A DNA stretch of 64,000 nt, taken from assembly GCA_963845535.1 (NCBI GenBank), contig CAWJSK010000012.1:320001-384000 (forward strand), in the 5' to 3' direction. The translations under genes were made by a program, and so were the position numbers. This stretch comes from an uncultured Spirochaetota bacterium. GTDB taxonomy: Bacteria > Spirochaetota > Spirochaetia > SZUA-6 > Fen-1364. Below the pieces are notes generated by a model. That model was not told the DNA's origin. It saw nothing but the letters and a program-made list of their open reading frames with translations, and searched no databases. The number at the start of each line of letters is the position of its first letter. Positions within the stretch are counted from its first letter, which is position 1. This document shows positions 57,866-64,000 of this stretch, piece after piece.

Positions 57866-59083
57866 ATGAAACGCGACACCATGCTCGTTGCGGGAGTGGC
57901 GGTCATTGCGCTGTTCTTGTTCTTCAACCCCTTGCAGCTCTTCAAAGGAGCCGCCAAGGGAACGCGCAGGCCGCAGCTCCCGCAGTCTTCGCTTGAGCAG
58001 CTCGTCGCGTTCGCCGAGTCGCACCACCAGTCCCCTGCAGACTACATCATCGGAAGGTTTGCATCACACGACATCGTCTTCCTGGGGGAGTTCTACAAGA
58101 TCCGTCAGAACGTCCAGCTCGTCTCCTCGCTGATCCCGCGGCTGTACGCAGCCGGCGTTCGTACGCTGGGGATCGAGTATGCGTTGTCCGACGACCAGAA
58201 GGAGATCGACTCCCAGGTTACCGCTCCTGCCTGGGATGAGACCAGGGCCAGGACCATCGTTTTCAACTGGATCGTAACCTGGGGATTCCAGGAGTACGTC
58301 GACATTTTCAAGGCGGCCTGGCAGCTCAATCACGCGCTCCCCGCGGGGGCGCGGCCGTTTCGTGTCCTGGCCTTGAGCGTGCGGCAGAACTGGCAGTATC
58401 TGACCACGGAAAAGGATGCGCGTGATCCCGCAGTCGTTGCCCGCTTGTTCGCCAACGGCGTGCCCGACGCGCACATGGCGGACGTGATCGAACGCGAGCT
58501 GGTGGCCAAAGGGGAGAAAGGGCTCATGTACTGCGGGATGCAGCACGCTTTCACGGCGCATCGCAGTGCCGAATATGAGAAGAACGCGACAAGCCTGAAG
58601 CTTTCGGAGACTCGGCGCGCCGGAAACATCGTATACGCAAAGATCGGCGCCCGGGCTTTCTCAATCGCCCTTCATGCGCCCTGGCCGGATGACGGGTCTT
58701 CCACTGGGCTCACGTGGGCCGCTGATGGCGCGATCGACAACCTGATTGCCGCTCTTCCCCCGGAGGACCAGAGCGCCGGCTTCGACACGGCGGGCACGCC
58801 CATCGGCGCACTGGCCGTCACCTCCGGCTCTTTTTCGCGTGACGCCGGCCCGGGAACCACCCTTACCGTCGCAGACTTGTTCGACGGCTACGTCATCCAG
58901 GGCCCTCTTGTCGGGTACAAGGCGGTCACCCCAATTGCGGACTTCGTGACGCCGGCGGAGGCGCCCAGGGCGCTGGCGGAGTTCCCGGGAGCCAAGCCCC
59001 CCTCCCTTACGGCGCAGCAAGCCAACCAGGCAATCGCGGATGATGCCGCGGCCGTCCAGAAGCTGCTCGAGCAGTTCCGGTAG
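57866..59083 (+). CDS. Membrane-anchored hypothetical protein, EreA/ChaN-like fold suspected
   Basis: HDIVFLGE, LGIEY, LMYCGMQHA; N-terminal TM helix. Confidence 0.5.
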   Translation: MKRDTMLVAGVAVIALFLFFNPLQLFKGAAKGTRRPQLPQSSLEQLVAFAESHHQSPADYIIGRFASHDIVFLGEFYKIRQNVQLVSSLIPRLYAAGVRTLGIEYALSDDQKEIDSQVTAPAWDETRARTIVFNWIVTWGFQEYVDIFKAAWQLNHALPAGARPFRVLALSVRQNWQYLTTEKDARDPAVVARLFANGVPDAHMADVIERELVAKGEKGLMYCGMQHAFTAHRSAEYEKNATSLKLSETRRAGNIVYAKIGARAFSIALHAPWPDDGSSTGLTWAADGAIDNLIAALPPEDQSAGFDTAGTPIGALAVTSGSFSRDAGPGTTLTVADLFDGYVIQGPLVGYKAVTPIADFVTPAEAPRALAEFPGAKPPSLTAQQANQAIADDAAAVQKLLEQFR

Positions 59084-59095
59084 GAGCGGGGCACC

Positions 59096-59836
59096 GTGGG
59101 CCAGGCGCTCAAAATCCTGCATGAGGACCCTGCCCTGGTGATCGTTGAGAAGCCCGCGGGAGTCCATACGGCGCCGCTTTCAGAAGGAGAACCGGATACC
59201 CTCCTTGCGCTCGTTCTTGTATCATTTCCCGAGATTTCCTCCATGCCAGGGATCAAGCCCTCCGAGCATGGGCTCCTGCACAGGCTGGACAGGGACACCT
59301 CCGGCGTCGTAGTCATTGCGCGCACTCCAGAAGCGTTCGCGGCATTGCGGCAGCAGTTTGCCGCGTTCCAGGTCGAAAAAGAGTACGACGCCGCGTGCCT
59401 GAATCAGACGGAGAAGGAAGCGGGTGAAAGCTTCACAATCCAGAGCCGGTTCGCCGCGGAGGGACCGGGCAGACGCAGGGTGCGCGTCGTGCCTGATGAG
59501 ACGAACCGAAAGCTGCTCAGGGAAGCCACCAGCAGCGTTTACCAGACCGGGGTCAAGCTCGAACGATTGAGCGGGGACCGGGCTCTCGTGAGGGTAGTGA
59601 TACGCAAAGGCTTCCGCCACCAGATACGGGCACACCTGGCGTTTGCGGGTCTCCCGATCTTCGGTGATGCGCTCTACGGCGGGCCGTCTCCCCCCGAGGC
59701 TACCCAGCGGATGTATCTCCACGCCCGCGGGATCTCGTTCATCCACCCCGTCACGGGCAAAGCGCTCACTGTCTCCTCGGAGCTGCCGCAGGCGTTCGAA
59801 GAAATCATGGGCTCAGGTAGGACCGCAACGCGCTGA
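59096..59836 (+). CDS. RluA-family RNA pseudouridine synthase
   Basis: EKPAG, LLHRLDRDTSG, GFRHQIRAHL, PIFGDALY, MYLHA. Confidence 0.9.
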   Translation: MGQALKILHEDPALVIVEKPAGVHTAPLSEGEPDTLLALVLVSFPEISSMPGIKPSEHGLLHRLDRDTSGVVVIARTPEAFAALRQQFAAFQVEKEYDAACLNQTEKEAGESFTIQSRFAAEGPGRRRVRVVPDETNRKLLREATSSVYQTGVKLERLSGDRALVRVVIRKGFRHQIRAHLAFAGLPIFGDALYGGPSPPEATQRMYLHARGISFIHPVTGKALTVSSELPQAFEEIMGSGRTATR

Positions 59837-60138
59837 GAGAATCAGGAGCGCGTACCCCACGACGTGGACCGTCTCCGCCCCGGCGACCACGCTCACGGTC
59901 ACGATCCCCACCTTGAGCACTACGATTTCGACCGGGAGGCACAAAAGCGAAGTTTCGGAAGCCCTCAGAAGACTCAAGGGTCTGAACAAGCCAAAGCCCC
60001 AGTCTGAATGCCCGGATCGCTGAGTGACGGTAGGTAACGCGTTCCCTGCAGAACCAGCTTGAGCCAGAGAAGGATCCGCCGTCGCAGGCAAAACCGAAAA
60101 ACTGGAGTCTGAAAGTTTCATCGCGACGGGAAGGCAAG

Positions 60139-60176
60139 GCCCGGCCGACTTGACTCGCAAAGCAAGCCGACCGGGC
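60139..60176 (-). terminator. Strong hairpin downstream of the OMP gene (possible terminator)
   Basis: Minus strand GCCCGGTCGGCTTG / CAAGTCGGCCGGGC 14-bp stem with two G-U pairs; weak U tail. Confidence 0.45.
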
Positions 60177-60197
60177 GGCGTAATCAGGGAAGCTGTT

Positions 60198-60782
60198 CTA
60201 CAGTGATAAGGCTACACCTGCAGAAAGATCCATTCTCGTGTAAAGGACATTCAAAGTGAGGCCCGAGTTAGAGCCCGAACCATTGTCCGCTGAGTATGTG
60301 CCTTCCGCAAAGATTGATACCTTTCCAAAACGCAGATCAATCCCACCGCCCAAGCCATAGTAAATCCCGCCTGATAATGACCAACTGCCGGCAAAGGTGG
60401 AATCTCCTGAGAATAAGCCATAACCAATTCGACCAATTGCGTAGGGCGTTAGAGGGCCAATGTCAAAGGGAACTCGCACGACACCGTAGAGAGGTACAAA
60501 CTCGAAGTTACCAGCATAAAGGGTTTGTTGACGCCCAAACTCGTACTCAAGTCCAGCTCCCAGCTGAAGATTCCGAAGAATCTTAAAGAGTCCCTCAGCC
60601 CCAATGGAAAAACCGTTGTTCACAGCTGTATTTGCGGTTATACCAAGAATTGAGGCATTGTAGTTGCCCGCCAACTGGCCCGCAAACCGAGCCCTCAGCA
60701 TGAAGCCATCTGCGGAGACTGACGTGCTGATGAAGCACCCCAGCAGGAGTGCGATGGCAATAGATAGACCGACTTTCCTCAT
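60198..60782 (-). CDS. Small outer-membrane beta-barrel protein
   Basis: Signal peptide; GAGLEY, FVPLYG, TPYAIGRIGY, YYGLGGG; RBS AAGGAGG. Confidence 0.75.
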   Translation of the reverse strand: MRKVGLSIAIALLLGCFISTSVSADGFMLRARFAGQLAGNYNASILGITANTAVNNGFSIGAEGLFKILRNLQLGAGLEYEFGRQQTLYAGNFEFVPLYGVVRVPFDIGPLTPYAIGRIGYGLFSGDSTFAGSWSLSGGIYYGLGGGIDLRFGKVSIFAEGTYSADNGSGSNSGLTLNVLYTRMDLSAGVALSL

Positions 60783-60877
60783 GTTCTTTTTCCTCCTTGA
60801 GTAGAAATGAAATCTGTGTTGCGAGACCGAAACCTTATGGATGGTCGGAAACCCGGCCATTTTCAAAGATTTCTCTA

Positions 60878-60944
60878 TTTATACGTCTAATCCCCAAAAA
60901 GTGCAAGAAAAAAAGCTTGACTTGGCCAAAAGAGTAAATATAGT
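60878..60944. promoter_or_regulatory. Back-to-back sigma70-like promoters
   Basis: Plus strand TTGACT (60917-60922), 16 nt, TATAGT; minus strand TTGCAC (60906-60901), 17 nt, TATAAA. Confidence 0.45.
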
Positions 60945-60984
60945 GAGAGAGAACAAATATCTCTAAAATCAAAGAAGAGAAGGC

Positions 60985-61544
60985 ATGAGGAAACTCTCAG
61001 GTTTCATCTTTGCAACTTCCACTGCACTGCTTGCGTTCGCTCTGTTTGCCTGTGCAACAACGTCAATCGACACGAACAAAGATGCGGCCAATATCAAGCC
61101 GATTGGCAAGACCCTCATCGCAGTGAATACAGGCGATGTTAGCTATTTCGGCATAACGGCTCCAAAAGTCGCTCCGTATTTGTCAGATAACTTTGAGAAG
61201 GGCCTGAAGCAACGAAATATCGAGGCAAAGGGCATACAGCTAAGCGGACTTGAACTTGGCGAGAACTCCTTGCAAAAGCAGCTACAGGCGTATGGCGCTA
61301 CAACCGTGATGTCAATTGAACTGACCGATGGCACTGTAAAACGAACAACGCCCTCATAATGGGGAACGTCATCGTATCGATCTATGATGTTGCCCTCGAC
61401 AAAACAGTTTGGAAAGCTAAGATTCACTTGCAAGCATCGGGCATCATGGGGGTTGTTACCGGGGACCAACTGGACGACTTTATCAGCAAAGTCATTGACG
61501 CGATGACGACGGACGGGTTGTTGCTTGCACCAGCCAATAAATAA
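60985..61544 (+). CDS. Hypothetical lipoprotein; apparent frameshift near 61338-61341
   Basis: Lipobox LFAC; ORFs 60985-61359 and 61359-61544 join as GTVKTNNALIMGNVIVSIYD if one A is restored. Confidence 0.55.
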
Positions 61545-61729
61545 GAAAAGGTGAGATTTCCGCTTTCAGGCATTCTATGAGAAGTCCATTCGGGAATGCG
61601 GAAGCGTCCTGATCGGGTCCTTTTGCTATTGGGAAGTGGGCGGGGCGGAAAGCTGAAGCCCCGCTCTCATGTGTGCGAGTTCCGAAGTGCGAGACGCCAA
61701 TAGGTGGGGTTGTGGAGGCATAACATGGA

Positions 61730-62392
61730 TCAGGTAGGGCCACCCGGCTTTGGCGGTTGGCTTTTCGGCATGGTCCCGAACACGTAATCCCAGACCGGCG
61801 AGCTGACGCCAAAGCGCATGGTGGGACAGGTCCCGTGGTGCTGCATGTGCTGGCGCCTGCACATCAGGATGTACGCGTTGCGGGCGCGGGCGTGATGGAG
61901 CGTGTAATGCATCATGTCATAGACGATATAGCCAATCACGAAACCCGCGAAGACGGGTGAGAACCACGCGGGCCTGCCCACCACAACGTCGAACACGAGG
62001 TGGAAAAACCCGAAGAAAATGATTGCCAGCGGAACGCTCATGACGGGAGGCATGACGAGCCGCGTCTGGCACAAGGGCTGCGCGTGATGGACGCCGTGGG
62101 TGAGGAAAAACAGGCGCTTGAACCTCTCCGTCCTGGCATGATAGTGGAAAAAAAACCTGTGCAGGAAATACTCCGCAAGCGTCCAGATGAACCAGCCCGC
62201 CAGAATCCCCAGAGCGGCAAATGTCACGTCCAAGCTTCCCCGCGCGCGCGCAACGGAGTCATACGCGAAGAAGAGCGCAACGGGACACCACAGGACGAGC
62301 ACCGTGGCGGGCTTTACGTGGGAGAAGAACTCGAGAAAACTGGACTTGAAGAGCCTTATGGGCTCCACATCGTGCATCGGCTTACCATGCAT
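61730..62392 (-). CDS. Fatty acid hydroxylase / sterol desaturase family protein
   Basis: His boxes EYFLHRFFFH, HGVHH, YDMMHYTLHH, HMQHH; FGVSSPVWDYVFGT. Confidence 0.9.
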   Translation of the reverse strand: MHGKPMHDVEPIRLFKSSFLEFFSHVKPATVLVLWCPVALFFAYDSVARARGSLDVTFAALGILAGWFIWTLAEYFLHRFFFHYHARTERFKRLFFLTHGVHHAQPLCQTRLVMPPVMSVPLAIIFFGFFHLVFDVVVGRPAWFSPVFAGFVIGYIVYDMMHYTLHHARARNAYILMCRRQHMQHHGTCPTMRFGVSSPVWDYVFGTMPKSQPPKPGGPT

Positions 62393-62475
62393 AGGCTACC
62401 TACGTAGTAATGTCGCCAATCTTTCCTGCGGAATCAAGCAAGGCGCTCAGCACCCTCAAGAATCCGGAACTATCC

Positions 62476-62576
62476 TCACGAACCTGGCGAAAACGCGAAA
62501 AGTGGAAAACAACTTCCCACTTTCGACGTTTTCGATAGGGAGACAGGGGTTGCGCCGTCCCTGGACCAATTCGTGA
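62476..62576. repeat. Structured intergenic element, copy B
   Basis: 62487-62539 matches 6888-6940 at 43/53 nt; outer stem TCACGAA/TTCGTGA; second stem AGGGA/TCCCT. Confidence 0.7.
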
Positions 62577-62621
62577 TCTTGCCGCCGCCCGTGAAACGGG
62601 CTACTGTGGCCAGGATTTCCG

Positions 62622-64000
62622 ATGAAAGCTAACTTTCGTGACCGCGACATCATCTCCATCACGGACTTCTCCCGTGAGGAGATCCTCCACCTCTGCGAGG
62701 CGGGCCGGCAGATGGCCGAGCTCGAGAAAACGGAGAAGCGCAACAGCCTTCGGGACGCGCTGAAATATCGGACACTCTCCTACATGTTCTACGAGCCAAG
62801 CACACGCACACGCACGAGCTTCAACACGGGCATGCGCGAGCTGGGCGGCCGCTACGACGGGTTCTCCGGCACCGAGGGGACCTCCGTCATGAAGAGTGAG
62901 ACCGTCAGAGATACGGTGACCATGATGTGCGCCAACCACAACGACGTGATCGTCATGCGCCATCCCCTGGACGGGTCTCTCCAATGGGCGGCTGACGTGG
63001 CAAACATTCCCGTGATCAACGGCGGGGACGGCAAGAACGAGCACCCCACGCAGGCGCTCCTCGACGTGCTCACGATCTACGCCCTTACCGGAGGAAGGCT
63101 GGACCGGATCCGCGTGGGGTTCGGCGGGGACCTCTCCCATGGCCGCACGGTCCGATCCCTGAGCCTTGCGCTCTCCCACTTCGAAGGGGTGACCATCCGC
63201 TGGGCCGCGGAGGATTTCCTCGGCATGCCGGAAGACCTTTCGCGTCTTCTCTCCTCCCGCGGGGTGCGCGTGGAGCGGGAGAAAAGCGTCCGCGACGTCA
63301 TGGCTCAGGTAGACTTCTACTATATGACGCGGCCGCAGCTTGAGCGGATGCCGGGGGTCACACAGAAAGACATCGTGGGGATGATGAAGCAGTACAGGAT
63401 AGATGCGGAGAAGGTCCACGGCTTCGACGTGCGGGTCCTTCACCCGCTCCCCGTAAACAGCGAGATCGCAGAGATCGACTACCGCGTCTATTTCACCCCG
63501 GCGCAGGCTTTCTTTACGCAGGCGGAGTTCGGGGTGTTCCACCGCAAGGCGCTCCTGCACGAGATGCTGGGCCACGAGGGATATCATAAATACAGCGGGC
63601 GGCTGCCGGCGGAGCTCGGCGTGGGCAACAACAGGCTGCCCCGAAGGATCCGGGGGGACAAACACACCGCCATGTTCATCGACAAGATCCATGACGGCAC
63701 CGTCATTGATCACCTTGCCGCCGGGTCCCTGCGTGCGGTCTCCGACGCCCTGGACCTGGAAAACCGAGGTTACTCCTGCACCACGGCGACCATCCCGGAG
63801 AAAATGAACCCTTTCATCAAGACGAACCTTCCAGAGCCCAGCGAAAGGGACCTCAAGACCATCGCCCTGCTCTCCCCCGAGCCAACCATCGACTCAATTG
63901 CGGGCGGCAGGATTGCGGCGAAGTTCGTCTATCTGCTGTGCGCGAACACCAACTGCATCACGAGGGTGGTGAACGAAGACGTCCCGCCCCGGTTTTACCG
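62622..64000 (+). CDS. pyrBI: Aspartate carbamoyltransferase, catalytic-regulatory (PyrB-PyrI) fusion; runs off window edge
   Basis: Manual translation: FYEPSTRT, INGGDGKNEHPTQ, GDLSHGRTV, LHPLP, then in frame IHDGTVIDH and CANTNCIT (PyrI motifs). Confidence 0.88.
   Translation, partial: MKANFRDRDIISITDFSREEILHLCEAGRQMAELEKTEKRNSLRDALKYRTLSYMFYEPSTRTRTSFNTGMRELGGRYDGFSGTEGTSVMKSETVRDTVTMMCANHNDVIVMRHPLDGSLQWAADVANIPVINGGDGKNEHPTQALLDVLTIYALTGGRLDRIRVGFGGDLSHGRTVRSLSLALSHFEGVTIRWAAEDFLGMPEDLSRLLSSRGVRVEREKSVRDVMAQVDFYYMTRPQLERMPGVTQKDIVGMMKQYRIDAEKVHGFDVRVLHPLPVNSEIAEIDYRVYFTPAQAFFTQAEFGVFHRKALLHEMLGHEGYHKYSGRLPAELGVGNNRLPRRIRGDKHTAMFIDKIHDGTVIDHLAAGSLRAVSDALDLENRGYSCTTATIPEKMNPFIKTNLPEPSERDLKTIALLSPEPTIDSIAGGRIAAKFVYLLCANTNCITRVVNEDVPPRFY

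Noticed and set aside
60783..60877. Riboswitch in the OMP 5' leader
   Set aside because: Some pairing is possible (GACCGAAAC...GGTC), but there is no recognisable purine, c-di-GMP, TPP, SAM or cobalamin consensus.
62393..62621. PyrR attenuator upstream of pyrBI
   Set aside because: No AGUCCNGNGAGGYU-like motif and no terminator with a U tract.
1..64000. CRISPR array or cas genes
   Set aside because: No regularly spaced 23-47 nt direct repeats with unique spacers and no cas-like ORF were seen.

Overview
GC-rich bacterial chromosome segment, probably from a spirochaete (Spirochaetota). This is inferred from the ECF sigma/anti-sigma/transglutaminase/cNMP-protein block beside cysS and murB, and from a PyrB-PyrI fusion. 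About 60 CDSs are present. The left half is dominated by transport genes: a LolCDE-like ABC operon with its own regulator, a MacAB-TolC-like system, a heterodimeric ABC exporter and four MFS transporters. The right half is mostly housekeeping (rtcB, lspA, tRNA-Cys, cysS, murB, ackA, rluA-family, pyrBI). A lower-GC island (~37.1-42.7 kb) carries an RsgA-family GTPase, a RibD-C/DHFR-like gene and a restriction-modification pair. The R-M pair is packaged as a solitary integron gene cassette with a clear attC site and an attI/dif-like site, and no integrase lies in the window. Non-coding highlights are an 88-nt tRNA-like element (acceptor stem plus T arm, no canonical D or anticodon arm) at 24546-24633, a two-copy structured ~100-120 nt element (6879-6995 and 62476-62576), and palindromic elements inserted in frame inside two proteins. 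At least eight genes are split by single-base indels in short homopolymers, most likely assembly errors. All family assignments come from motif recognition by eye; no searches were run.
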